A stretch of DNA of 64,000 nucleotides from Chitinophagales bacterium (GCA_018401955.1 JAGYJT010000009.1:1871-65870); one strand, 5' to 3'; shown: positions 16,611 to 26,527, counted from the first letter of the stretch. Translations and numbers: made by a program. Notes: generated by a model from the letters alone, not told the origin.

Positions 16611-17570
16611 ATGAAAATTTTTACGCTACCTATTTTTTGGCTGTTTGTTTTAATGTTTGGTTGTTTTGGTGCGTTCGCTCAAAGCAATGACGATTTAAAG
16701 CCAAAATTTATTGACCCAACTGCAAAAGACTCGATTAAGTATTGGACCTATGATGGCAATGCGGCCATAAACCTTAACCAAGTGGCCCTTAAAAACTGGG
16801 CCGGTGGTGGACAAAGTTCTATTGGCATAGGCGCTATATTTGGCTTAAAGGCAACATATGCCAAAAACAACTTTAGCTGGGATGTGAAGGCCGATATGGC
16901 TTTTGGCTTGCAAAAGTTGGGCAAACAGGAGTTTCGCAAGTCAGATGACTTTTTTGAAATAAGCTCACAGCTCAATTATAAATTTAAAACCGGATGGCGT
17001 TTTGCGTTTCTTACCACTTTGCGCAGCCAGTTTGCCCCCGGCTACGAATACCCCGAGGATACCACTAAAGTGCTCATTTCTAAAGGGTTTTCGCCAGCAT
17101 ATAGTATTATTGCCCCAGGTATTGAGTACCGTGCACCCAAGTACTTCAGTATCATGATATCGCCTATCACCAACAAAAACAACATTGTAATTGATAACGT
17201 GAATATTGACGAAACCCGCTATGGTGTTGAAGAGGGGAAAAATGTGTTTGCCCAGGCAGGTGCTTTTGTAACTACTACTTTTGAGATAGAAGTGGTGAAA
17301 AACGTAACCTACAAAACCAAGCTCGATTTGTTTAGCAATTACCTTCAAAACCCAGAAAACGTAGATGTAAACTGGACCAATAATGTAGTGATGAAGGTAA
17401 ACGACTTTTTGAACGTAACAGTAAGCACCGAGTTGGTGTATGATGATGATGTGTTTGTGCCCAAAACCCGCGATGATGGGAGTATTTACCAAGGCAAGGG
17501 TACCCAATTTCGCCAAGGCTTAACCATTGGTATTGGCTATAAATTTAAGAGCAAGGAGGAGCCTAAATAA
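16611..17570 (+). CDS. DUF3078-like outer-membrane beta-barrel protein
   Basis: The start is moved to MKIFTLPIFW, the signal peptide ending AFAQ. The motif NLNQVALKNWAGGGQSSIG matches my recollection of DUF3078. It has an alternating beta-strand pattern. Confidence 0.6.
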   Translation: MKIFTLPIFWLFVLMFGCFGAFAQSNDDLKPKFIDPTAKDSIKYWTYDGNAAINLNQVALKNWAGGGQSSIGIGAIFGLKATYAKNNFSWDVKADMAFGLQKLGKQEFRKSDDFFEISSQLNYKFKTGWRFAFLTTLRSQFAPGYEYPEDTTKVLISKGFSPAYSIIAPGIEYRAPKYFSIMISPITNKNNIVIDNVNIDETRYGVEEGKNVFAQAGAFVTTTFEIEVVKNVTYKTKLDLFSNYLQNPENVDVNWTNNVVMKVNDFLNVTVSTELVYDDDVFVPKTRDDGSIYQGKGTQFRQGLTIGIGYKFKSKEEPK

Positions 17571-17594
17571 TTTAAACCCTTCTTAATAATATAC

Positions 17595-17628
17595 ACGGTC
17601 CATCCTTTTTGGGTGGACCGTTTTTTTT
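17595..17628 (+). terminator. Rho-independent terminator
   Basis: ACGGTCCATCC-TTTTT-GGGTGGACCGT followed by T8. Confidence 0.85.
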
Positions 17629-17640
17629 GTTTGTGTTTTG

Positions 17641-17816
17641 TACATGTTTCGTACATAGGGAAAAACCCTATGCTATTGGTATTTTGAGCCCGTTGGGCTA
17701 AAACCGCTGATATGGAAATATGTACTTCCCCAACGGGGATATATAACGCTAGCACCGCCCTATGTACGTATTTTGTTGCGGGTGTGCGGGTGAATCTTAC
17801 ACAGGGCATCGCCTAT
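17641..17816. repeat. Modular hairpin-repeat family, copy A (inverted relative to copy C, plus a third partial module)
   Basis: 17641-17698 is the reverse complement of the L module. 17728-17770 is an S-type module. 17802-17816 (GGCATCGCC-TAT) is a fragment. See findings. Confidence 0.8.
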
Positions 17817-18063
17817 TTGCCATAACCATCAACAAAAGTATACACTTCTCGCATCTCGTTTATAACAACTAGCCGGGGTTCCGCAGCCCTCGCTTTGGTT
17901 TTTATATCTTTAAGTTTCTAAAGTTATTTTTTAGGCTGCTTTAGCTTTGCAATCTGCCCCAAAAGGTAAGGTGGATTGATATAGCTTAACAATTTTTAAC
18001 GGGCATTAGCATTTGTGCCTATTATTTTTGTACGATTGAATTATTGAAACAAGACCATAACAA

Positions 18064-19065
18064 ATGGAACAAACCGCACACACCGACATTAGGGCATTGA
18101 ACGAAAAAATACAAGCCGAGAGTGCTTTTGTTGATTTGATTCAGGTTGAACTGGGCAAAGCCATCATTGGCCAAAAATATATGGTAGAGCGCTTATTGTT
18201 GGCACTATTGGGTCAAGGCCACATTTTGCTCGAAGGGGTGCCGGGCTTGGCTAAAACCTTGGCCATTACCTCACTATCAAAAGCCATTGATGTAAAGTTT
18301 AGCCGCATACAGTTTACACCCGACCTGTTGCCTGCCGATTTGATTGGTACCATGATATATAACCAGGCCAAAAACGACTTTACGGTAAGGCGAGGCCCCA
18401 TATTTGCCAACTTTGTACTGGCCGATGAAATAAACCGTGCCCCGGCTAAGGTGCAGAGTGCCCTACTAGAGGCCATGCAAGAGCGCCAAGTTACCATCGG
18501 GCAGCAAACCTATCCGCTGGAGAGCCCGTTTTTGGTGCTCGCTACACAAAACCCAATTGAGCAAGAGGGTACTTATCCGTTGCCAGAGGCGCAGGTTGAC
18601 CGTTTTATGCTGAAGGTGGTGGTAACCTACCCAAGCAAAGAGGAGGAGCGTTTGATTATGCGCCAAAACGTAAACCAAGAACGCATCAATATTCAGCCAG
18701 TGGTATCGCCAGAGGAGATATTGAAAGCCCGTGAGCTGGTGCGCATGGTATATATGGACGAAAAGATAGAGGCTTATATACTGGATATAGTGTTTGCTAC
18801 CCGCAACCCTGATAAATTTGGCTTGGGCAAATTAAAACCATTGATAAGTTATGGTGGTTCGCCAAGGGCCAGTATCAACCTAGCATTAGCGGCTAAGGCT
18901 TATGCCTTTATTAAGCGCCGTGGCTATGTAATACCAGAAGATGTAAAGGCGGTATGCTACGATGTAATGCGCCACCGCGTGGGGGTAACCTACGAGGCCG
19001 AAGCGGAGAACGTTACCAGCGAAATGATTATTAGCGAGATATTGAACAAGGTAGAGGTGCCTTGA
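18064..19065 (+). CDS. MoxR-family AAA+ ATPase
   Basis: 333 aa. Walker A is GVPGLAKT and Walker B is LADEINR. It is the first gene of the Bat-type operon. Confidence 0.9.
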   Translation: MEQTAHTDIRALNEKIQAESAFVDLIQVELGKAIIGQKYMVERLLLALLGQGHILLEGVPGLAKTLAITSLSKAIDVKFSRIQFTPDLLPADLIGTMIYNQAKNDFTVRRGPIFANFVLADEINRAPAKVQSALLEAMQERQVTIGQQTYPLESPFLVLATQNPIEQEGTYPLPEAQVDRFMLKVVVTYPSKEEERLIMRQNVNQERINIQPVVSPEEILKARELVRMVYMDEKIEAYILDIVFATRNPDKFGLGKLKPLISYGGSPRASINLALAAKAYAFIKRRGYVIPEDVKAVCYDVMRHRVGVTYEAEAENVTSEMIISEILNKVEVP

Positions 19066-19130
19066 TGGTAATTTAAAATTCAAAATTTAAGATTGAAAAT
19101 TAAAAATTGAGTTTAGCCCATAACAAGTTA

Positions 19131-19264
19131 GCTCCTCACCATTTTTAGGGGGAGGTTGGGACGAGGACAGAAGTTGAGAAAACACATAATGGTTCCCCCT
19201 CCTTTGCGTGGCCTTTTTTAAGCGATTGGCCAAGGAGGGGATAGGGGTGGTTGCACGTACCACC
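19131..19264. other. Hairpin-rich insert inside the Bat operon
   Basis: Three stem-loops: CTCCTCACC...GGGGGAGG; CCCCTCCTT(TGCG)TGGCC-N13-GGCCAAGGAGGGG at 19195-19240; and GGTGGT-TGCACGT-ACCACC at 19246-19264. Confidence 0.6.
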
Positions 19265-19284
19265 GACAAGATTTAAAAGCACAA

Positions 19285-20151
19285 ATGGAAACAAAAGAAC
19301 TCCTTAAGAAAGTACGGAAAATTGAAATCCGCTCGAAAGGGCTGAGCAATCACCTGTTTTCGGGAGAGTACCATACAGCCTTCAAAGGCAGGGGCATGTC
19401 TTTCAGTGAGGTGCGTGAGTATCAGTTTGGCGATGATGTGCGCACCATCGACTGGAACGTAACCGCCCGGCTCGACCACCCCTATGTAAAGGTATTTGAG
19501 GAGGAAAGAGAGCTAACGGTAATGCTGATGATTGACATAAGCCACTCATCTTTGTTCGGCACTGAAGGTCGCTTTAAGCGCGATTTGATTACCGAGGTAA
19601 GCGCAATACTTTCGTTTTCAGCCATCAACAATAATGATAAGGTTGGGGTAATATTTTTTAGTAATAAGGTAGAGAAGTTTATCCCGCCCAAAAAAGGCCG
19701 CAGCCACATATTGCGCATTATTCGCGAACTGATTGAATTAGAGCCCCAAGAAAGCGGCACCAACCTTGGCGAAGCCCTGCGCTATCTTAACAATGTAATG
19801 AAGAAAAAGGCCATTGTGTTTGTGCTGTCAGATTTTATTGATCGCGGCTATGAAGATGCCCTGAGCATTGCCCGCCGCAGGCACGATGTGGCCGGCATAC
19901 ATGTATACGACTTGTGGGAGAAAGACCTGCCACCATTGGGACTGGTAAGGGTGCTTGACCCAGAGACCAAAGAAGTGCGCTGGGAAGATTTTTCGAGCAA
20001 AACAACCCGAATGAAGCACAACAAGTGGTTTGAAGACAACCGCCAACATACACGAAACGCATTTCTTAAGGCTGGTGCCGATATGGTGAGCATTTGCACC
20101 AACGAAGACCATATTTTGCCACTCTTAAAATTCTTTAGAAAACGGGGATGA
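19285..20151 (+). CDS. DUF58-family protein (MoxR partner)
   Basis: 288 aa. It has the conserved FxGxxxSxxxGxGxEFxxxRxYxxGDDxRxIDW-like block (FKGRGMSFSEVREYQFGDDVRTIDW). Confidence 0.85.
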   Translation: METKELLKKVRKIEIRSKGLSNHLFSGEYHTAFKGRGMSFSEVREYQFGDDVRTIDWNVTARLDHPYVKVFEEERELTVMLMIDISHSSLFGTEGRFKRDLITEVSAILSFSAINNNDKVGVIFFSNKVEKFIPPKKGRSHILRIIRELIELEPQESGTNLGEALRYLNNVMKKKAIVFVLSDFIDRGYEDALSIARRRHDVAGIHVYDLWEKDLPPLGLVRVLDPETKEVRWEDFSSKTTRMKHNKWFEDNRQHTRNAFLKAGADMVSICTNEDHILPLLKFFRKRG

Positions 20152-21122
20152 TGAATTGGTGGAAGCGGAATAGTAAGCAATTAGCAACGCCAATAATGGT
20201 AGTGGCCATGCTATGTTTATACGGCACAACCGCTGCCCAGCCCGAAATAGAAGCCACTATTGCACCTAAAGAGGTGCTTATTGGGCAGCCAGCTACCCTT
20301 ACCTTGCAGGTAAAGCATAAGCCTGATGTTACCGTTTTTTGGCCGAATATGGATGTCGAAATAAGGGTAGATAGTAATAAGACCATAGAGGTACTGGACA
20401 AAAGCAGAATAGATACGCTTAACGTTGGTGGCTACGTACAAGAAAAATTGGAGCTACAAGTTACCGCTTGGGATACGGGGTTTTATATCATTCCACCGTT
20501 CAATTTTCTGTATCAAAACCCAACCGATACGGCACCCATTGCCATACAAAACTATCCGGTGCTGTTGCAGATAAATACCATAGCCGTGGATACCACACAA
20601 GCATTCAAGGGGCTAAAGGCACCCATTGATGCTCCATTTAGTATTTGGGAGTATAAGTATTGGATTGGTGGCGGCATAGTAGCGCTGGCATTAATAACCT
20701 TCTTGTTCTACATCATGTTCCGTAAAGTTGATATTGCGGCTAAGGTAGCCCCTAAGGCCAAAAAGCCCGCCCATGAGGTTGCCATGGAAAAGCTGCAAGC
20801 TTTGGAGCAAGCACAATACTGGCAGCAGGGCGATATAAAAAGTTATTACTCGGGCCTGAGCGATATCATGCGTGAATATCTGGAGATTCGATTTAGGTTC
20901 TTGGCCATTGAGAGCACTACCAACGAGATATTTGTGAGCTTGGATAAGCTAGATTTGCCAGCCAAGCAGCGCGACCAGTTGAAAGAAATGTTTACGCTAT
21001 CAGATTTGGCAAAGTTTGCCAAAGTGCAACCACTGCCCGATGAGCACATAAATGCCATGCGCACCGCAACTGAGTTTGTAAACGCAACACAAAAACGAAA
21101 CACAGATAATGCCGATGTTTAG
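20148..21122 (+). CDS. Bat-operon membrane protein (unnamed ORF between DUF58 and batA)
   Basis: 324 aa with a signal peptide and one central TM helix. It overlaps both neighbours (ATGA at 20148; 14 nt with batA). Confidence 0.6.
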   Translation: MMNWWKRNSKQLATPIMVVAMLCLYGTTAAQPEIEATIAPKEVLIGQPATLTLQVKHKPDVTVFWPNMDVEIRVDSNKTIEVLDKSRIDTLNVGGYVQEKLELQVTAWDTGFYIIPPFNFLYQNPTDTAPIAIQNYPVLLQINTIAVDTTQAFKGLKAPIDAPFSIWEYKYWIGGGIVALALITFLFYIMFRKVDIAAKVAPKAKKPAHEVAMEKLQALEQAQYWQQGDIKSYYSGLSDIMREYLEIRFRFLAIESTTNEIFVSLDKLDLPAKQRDQLKEMFTLSDLAKFAKVQPLPDEHINAMRTATEFVNATQKRNTDNADV

Positions 21123-22101
21123 TTTTTGGCAACATATCGATTTTGCAGAGCCAAGGGCTTTTATGCTGCTGGTGTTGCCAGGGCTGTTATTGCTATGGAA
21201 TGCTTGGCGGTACAATAAACAATATGCTGAGTTGCGCATGAGTACCATGCAAAGCTTTGGTGATAGCAACGGTGGCTACAAAGGCTGGTTTAAGGGGGCA
21301 CTTTTTCTATTGCGGATAATAACCTTTTGCTTGCTGATTGTGGTTTTGGCGCGCCCACAAAGCAATCTTAAAGAAGAGAATATAACCGCTGAAGGTATTG
21401 ATTTGGTTATCGCACTGGATGTATCTACCAGTATGTTGGCTGAAGATTTTCAGCCTAATAGGTTATCGGCTGCCAAAAGCTTAGCCGCCGATTTTATTGC
21501 CAATCGCCCCAGCGACAGGGTAGGCCTGGTAGTATTTGCTGCCGAAAGCTTTACCCAGTGCCCCATTACCACCGATAGGCAAGTGGTACTTAATCTATTG
21601 GCCAAAATTAAGGATGGGTTGATTGAAGACGGCACCGCCATAGGTATGGGCCTTGCCACAGCGGTAAGCCGGCTAAAAGAAAGCGAGGCGAAAAGCAAGG
21701 TGGTGATATTGCTTACTGATGGTATTAACAACACTGGTTTTATCGACCCCGTAACGGCATCTGATGCGGCGCTGGAGTATGGTGTGCGGGTGTATACCAT
21801 TGGCGTGGGCACCATAGGCAAAGCCCGCCACCCGCAAAGCCCTGTACCAGTAGATGTGAAAATTGACGAGCCGCTATTGAAAGATATTGCCCAGGCAACT
21901 GGTGGCAAGTATTTCCGTGCTACCAACAACGAGAGCTTGAAGCAGATATATGATGAGATTGATACCTTAGAGAAAACCAAAATCGAGGTATCAACCATAC
22001 AGCGGGTATCTGATGAGTTTTATTGGCTTTTGTTTGCAGCGGGCATGTGTTTGCTGCTTGAAATGATATTGCGTTACACCCTAGTAAGAAGTATACCATA
22101 A
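21109..22101 (+). CDS. batA: VWA-domain membrane protein BatA
   Basis: 330 aa. It has N- and C-terminal TM helices and a VWA domain with MIDAS motif DVSTSM. Confidence 0.8.
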   Translation: MPMFSFWQHIDFAEPRAFMLLVLPGLLLLWNAWRYNKQYAELRMSTMQSFGDSNGGYKGWFKGALFLLRIITFCLLIVVLARPQSNLKEENITAEGIDLVIALDVSTSMLAEDFQPNRLSAAKSLAADFIANRPSDRVGLVVFAAESFTQCPITTDRQVVLNLLAKIKDGLIEDGTAIGMGLATAVSRLKESEAKSKVVILLTDGINNTGFIDPVTASDAALEYGVRVYTIGVGTIGKARHPQSPVPVDVKIDEPLLKDIAQATGGKYFRATNNESLKQIYDEIDTLEKTKIEVSTIQRVSDEFYWLLFAAGMCLLLEMILRYTLVRSIP

Positions 22102-23147
22102 TGATGCGTTTCGAACATCCGGATCACCTATATGGGCTGTTGCTGGTATTATTGCCAGCGGTTGCCTTTATTGCCTATGCCGTATGGAGGAAACGAGCAT
22201 TAAGCAAGTATGGCGACCAGCGCTTGATTGAGATGCTGATGCCCGAGCGCTCTAAATATAAAGTCTACATTAAGTTTGTATTGTTGGTGCTGGGGTACAG
22301 CTGTTTGGTACTGGCCTATGCCAATCCGCAGTTGGGTAAGCGTGTTGAGAAGGTGAAGCTTAAAGGCGCCGATGTGTTTATCGCCATTGATGTATCCAAT
22401 AGCATGATGGCCGAAGATTTAAAGCCTAACCGTATAAGTCGCGCCAAGCAATTTGTATCGCGCTTGGTTGAGCAAATGAAAAACGATAGGGTAGGGCTTA
22501 TAGTGTTTGCTGGCCATAGCTATATGCAAATGCCGCTTACCAGCGATAAGGCTGCCGCCAAATTGTTCCTCAATAGTGTATCAACCAATATTGTACCTAC
22601 ACAAGGCACCTCTCTATCAGAGGCCATCCGTATGGCTATGGAGAGCTATAGTGAAGAGCAGGGAAAATACCGCGCCCTAATAATACTTACTGATGGAGAA
22701 GACCATGAGGGCGAGGCGCTAGTAGCTGCCGAAGAGGCCGATAAAGCAGGTATAGTAATTCATACCATTGGCGTTGGTGACCCTAAAGGTGCCCCAATAC
22801 CGGTTAAAAAGAATGCCTATAAGGAAGACTTTAAGCGAGCCAGTGACGGCAGCATTGTGTTATCAAAGCTCAACGAGACCATATTGCAGCAAATAGCCGC
22901 TACGGCACATGGTAAGTATTTTAGGATGGGCACCGGTTCTGAAGAGCTAAGTTTGATTATGAAGGAGCTTGAAGGGCTGGAAAAACGCGAAATGAGCGAG
23001 CGTGAGGTAACAGACTATAAGAGCTACTATTTCGTTTTTGTTATTATCGGAATGGTTCTGTTAACTTTGGAGTTCTTGTTGGCGGAGCGCAGAAGCAATT
23101 GGTTGCGTAACCTAAATCTGTTTGGAACCAAGGAGGAAACGGCATGA
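22101..23147 (+). CDS. batB: VWA-domain membrane protein BatB
   Basis: 348 aa. MIDAS motif is DVSNSM. It is a paralog of BatA, with stop/start overlap. Confidence 0.8.
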   Translation: MMRFEHPDHLYGLLLVLLPAVAFIAYAVWRKRALSKYGDQRLIEMLMPERSKYKVYIKFVLLVLGYSCLVLAYANPQLGKRVEKVKLKGADVFIAIDVSNSMMAEDLKPNRISRAKQFVSRLVEQMKNDRVGLIVFAGHSYMQMPLTSDKAAAKLFLNSVSTNIVPTQGTSLSEAIRMAMESYSEEQGKYRALIILTDGEDHEGEALVAAEEADKAGIVIHTIGVGDPKGAPIPVKKNAYKEDFKRASDGSIVLSKLNETILQQIAATAHGKYFRMGTGSEELSLIMKELEGLEKREMSEREVTDYKSYYFVFVIIGMVLLTLEFLLAERRSNWLRNLNLFGTKEETA

Positions 23148-23938
23148 TGAACAGGGTGTTTATATTTTCTTTGATGATACTGCTGCCCGTTATGCTGTGG
23201 GCGCAGGCAGAGCGTAAATATATACGTGAGGGCAACGCACTATACCAAAGTGGTAAGTTTAAAGAGGCTGCTGCAATGTATGCCGAAGCCATGCGCATTA
23301 AAAAAGATTACTTGGCAGCATACCTAAACCAAGGCAATGCGCTATATCAACAAGATAGCTTAGATGCTGCCATCAAGCAATTTGAGCTTGCCGCGAGTCT
23401 TTCTACTGATAAGGATTTGAAGGCAAAGGCCTTTCATAATATGGGCAACTCTTATTTGAAAGCGGGCAAGTACGAAGAGAGTATTGAAGCCTATAAAAAT
23501 GCACTGCGCAATAACCCCAACGACCCGGATACTCGATACAACTTGGCTTACGCCCAAAGTAAACTGAAAAACCAACCGCCGCAAGACCAAGACAAGGAAG
23601 ACCAAAAGAAGGATAAGGACGAGGATAAGGATAAAGACAACAAGAGCGAGCAGCAAGATAAGGATCCGCAAAAAAACGACCAGCAAAAAGACGACAAAGG
23701 CAAGAAGAACGAGGACCCTAAAGACCCTAAAGACGGCGATAAGGGAGACCCTAACGACGCGGAGAAATCTAAAGATGAACAGGACGAAAAGAATATGCAG
23801 CCTAAGCCTGGGCAAATAAGTAAGGCCGATTTGGAGAAGCTGCTGGAGGCTTTGAAAAATGAAGAGCTGAAGCTGCAAGAAAAGCTGCTACGAAAGGATA
23901 CGCCAAACGAGCAGAATAAGATTGAGAAAGATTGGTAA
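23144..23938 (+). CDS. batC: TPR protein BatC with K/D/E-rich tail
   Basis: 264 aa. A signal peptide is followed by TPR repeats and then a long charged low-complexity region. Confidence 0.7.
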   Translation: MMNRVFIFSLMILLPVMLWAQAERKYIREGNALYQSGKFKEAAAMYAEAMRIKKDYLAAYLNQGNALYQQDSLDAAIKQFELAASLSTDKDLKAKAFHNMGNSYLKAGKYEESIEAYKNALRNNPNDPDTRYNLAYAQSKLKNQPPQDQDKEDQKKDKDEDKDKDNKSEQQDKDPQKNDQQKDDKGKKNEDPKDPKDGDKGDPNDAEKSKDEQDEKNMQPKPGQISKADLEKLLEALKNEELKLQEKLLRKDTPNEQNKIEKDW

Positions 23939-23969
23939 TAGCATTATTGCCTAAAATACAACGCGAGAA

Positions 23970-25754
23970 GTGATTGGTAAAAAACTAATACCGTTTTTAA
24001 TGTTGCTGCTGCTGGCATTTGCCGCCTCAGCGCAGACTGGTTCATTTAAGGCAATTGTGTCTAAAACTACCTTTGCCGAAAATGAATCTATACAGGTTAC
24101 GTTTTCTATCGAGAACATGAGCGACCGTAACTTTGCCCCGCCCGATTTTAGAGGCTTTAATGTATTGTCGGGCCCCATGAAGGGTATGAGTAATATGAAC
24201 ATTAATGGGGTGCGCACCTCATCGGTTACCTATGTTTACCTTTTGCAGGCCCAAGCGCCTGGTAAGCTTACCATTGGGCCCGCATCTATTGAGCATAATG
24301 GCAAAACGGTAAGGAGCAATAGCATTACCCTTACGATTACCAAAGCTGGCTCGCGCAATAATAATAGTGGGGGAGGCAATAACGGAGGTGGCAATGAGAA
24401 TGTGAGCGTAAACGACTACCTCAACGAAAATCTTTTTGTAAGGCTATTTGTTGACAAAAAAGAGGTGTACAAAGGTGAGCAGGTTACGGCAACCTACAAA
24501 CTATACCGTAAGCTACAAGTAGACCAATATAGCATTACCCAAGCCCCTGCCTTCAATGGTTTCTGGACCATTGATATCGAGGATTCAAAAACCATCGATT
24601 TTGACGTTGAAACGCTTAATGGTGTACAATACTATGTTGCCACGGTGCGCAAAGTGGCTTTGTTTGCTCAAAAAACGGGTGAGTTGGAGATTGACCCAAT
24701 GGGTTTGGAATGCATGGTAGTGGTGCCTACCGGTGGTTGGAGTTACCGTAAGTTCCAGCATAAATTTAGCAGCGGTAAGGCAAAAATTACCGTAAAGCCA
24801 CTGCCAGGCAATCAGCCAGCTGATTTCAGCGGATTGGTTGGTGAGCTGGATATGCAGGTTACCATGGATAAAACCAATGCCCAAACCGATGACCCCATTA
24901 CTTTGAGCATCAAATATAGCGGCAAAGGAAACCTTAAGTTTTTAGAGAACCCGCAGCCAGAGTTACCCAAAGATTTTGAGATGTTTGACCCTAAGCTTTC
25001 TGAGCGGTCTACAAGGCAGGGCAATGTGGTTGGTGGTACCCGTCAAATTGATTATTTATTGATACCTAGGCGGGCCGGTACGTATAAGCTACCACCAATA
25101 ACTACCAGTTATTTTGACTTGAAAAAGGGCGATTATGTAACCTTGCGTTCACCCGAAATTGTATTATCCGTAAAAGGAGAATCATCTGTAACTACACCAG
25201 CTACCACGGGCATTAACAAAGAGGAGGTGGAGCTTTTAGGGAAAGATATAAGGTATATAGAAACTGGCGAACCAGAATTGACCACCGAAGGCAGCTTTGT
25301 GATGCCATTGCCGCTATACGCAGGGGTATATGCTACTCCTTTCTTGCTGTTTTATGGGCTACTGGCTTTTAAGCGCAAGCGAGATAAGGAGTTGGGCAAT
25401 ACTAAACTAATGAAGCGCCGAAAGGCGGGTAAAGTGGCCGCTAAGCGACTGAAGCAGGCCGAAGAGCGCATGAACGCGCAAGATAAACGAGGTTTTTATG
25501 ATGAGTTGCTGAAAGCTACTTGGGGCTATCTAAGCGATAAGCTGGGTATTCCTCCTTCAGATATGAACAAAGATATGGCATTAAATGCGTTGCGTGCCCG
25601 GAGCATTGATGAGGCACAATTAAATGAGCTGGGTATAATGCTTGATACTGCTGAGATGGCTTTATATGCTCCATCAACCGTTAATGAGAGTTTGCAGCAA
25701 ACATATGATAGGGCTACGGCTATTATTGACCAACTTGAAAACTCATTATCATGA
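23970..25754 (+). CDS. batD: BatD-like protein
   Basis: 594 aa with a GTG start, a signal peptide and a TM helix near the C-terminal third. Operon position fits. Confidence 0.7.
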   Translation: MIGKKLIPFLMLLLLAFAASAQTGSFKAIVSKTTFAENESIQVTFSIENMSDRNFAPPDFRGFNVLSGPMKGMSNMNINGVRTSSVTYVYLLQAQAPGKLTIGPASIEHNGKTVRSNSITLTITKAGSRNNNSGGGNNGGGNENVSVNDYLNENLFVRLFVDKKEVYKGEQVTATYKLYRKLQVDQYSITQAPAFNGFWTIDIEDSKTIDFDVETLNGVQYYVATVRKVALFAQKTGELEIDPMGLECMVVVPTGGWSYRKFQHKFSSGKAKITVKPLPGNQPADFSGLVGELDMQVTMDKTNAQTDDPITLSIKYSGKGNLKFLENPQPELPKDFEMFDPKLSERSTRQGNVVGGTRQIDYLLIPRRAGTYKLPPITTSYFDLKKGDYVTLRSPEIVLSVKGESSVTTPATTGINKEEVELLGKDIRYIETGEPELTTEGSFVMPLPLYAGVYATPFLLFYGLLAFKRKRDKELGNTKLMKRRKAGKVAAKRLKQAEERMNAQDKRGFYDELLKATWGYLSDKLGIPPSDMNKDMALNALRARSIDEAQLNELGIMLDTAEMALYAPSTVNESLQQTYDRATAIIDQLENSLS

Positions 25755-26524
25755 AAAGGTGGTTGATACATATTGCCATGTTGTGGGTGTGCCTTAGCGC
25801 TGCCGCTAACGAAACGGTTGATTTTACGGCCATATACAATACAGCCAACGATGCATATGTAGCCAAGGATTACCAAAGCGCAATTGAAGGCTATGAGCAG
25901 CTGTTATCAGTAGGTAAAGTATCGCCTGCCGTATATTACAACTTGGGCAATGCCTATTTTAGGGTGGGCAGTATGGGTTTTGCAATACTCAACTACGAGC
26001 GTGCCTTAAAATTGGAGCCAGAACACGAAGATGCCGCATTTAACCTAAAGCTTGCCAACCTACAAATTAATGATAGGGTAGAGCCAGCTACCGAGTTTAT
26101 CCTAATTACTTGGTTCAATAAGCTGGTGCATGGCCGCTCGGCATCGGGCTGGGGTATTTGGGCCCTCGCTGCTATTTGGTTGGCATTGGTAATAGGGGTG
26201 CTCTACATTTTTAGTGGCAACTTAGCGCTGCGCCGAGTGGCGTTCGCGTTTATGGCTATGTTTATAGTAGGTTCGGTGGTGTTGATGGGTTTTGCTAAAA
26301 TCCAATACCAATATGAGAATGTAACTACCAAAGGCATTATTACCGTAACTAATACCTATGTAAAGGCCGCTCCTGACCAAAGCAGCACCGATTTGTTCAT
26401 TTTGCGCGAAGGTACCAAAGTAACCCTAATGGGCACCGAAAACGGCTGGCAAAAAGTTAAAGTTGCCGACGATGCCGGCGATAAGGTTGGCTGGGTGCGC
26501 GAAGATGTTTTAGGGCTTATCTAA
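25751..26524 (+). CDS. batE: BatE-like protein (TPR, TM helices, C-terminal SH3b)
   Basis: 257 aa. TPR repeats, then two TM helices, then an SH3-like C-terminus (GWQKVKVADDAGDKVGWV). Confidence 0.7.
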   Translation: MKRWLIHIAMLWVCLSAAANETVDFTAIYNTANDAYVAKDYQSAIEGYEQLLSVGKVSPAVYYNLGNAYFRVGSMGFAILNYERALKLEPEHEDAAFNLKLANLQINDRVEPATEFILITWFNKLVHGRSASGWGIWALAAIWLALVIGVLYIFSGNLALRRVAFAFMAMFIVGSVVLMGFAKIQYQYENVTTKGIITVTNTYVKAAPDQSSTDLFILREGTKVTLMGTENGWQKVKVADDAGDKVGWVREDVLGLI

Positions 26525-26527
26525 CTA

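Noticed and set aside
17537-17809. 90-aa minus-strand ORF in the DUF3078/moxR spacer
   Set aside because: It runs straight through the terminator hairpin and the repeat modules. Similar pseudo-peptides would arise at every repeat copy.
19087-19269. 60-aa minus-strand ORF inside the moxR-DUF58 spacer
   Set aside because: It is entirely made of the hairpin sequences and has no start context or family resemblance. I treat the region as structured non-coding.
23360-23878. 172-aa minus-strand ORF antisense to batC
   Set aside because: It arises from the stop-free complement of the K/D/E codon repeats (L/F/V-rich nonsense). batC on the plus strand fits the operon.
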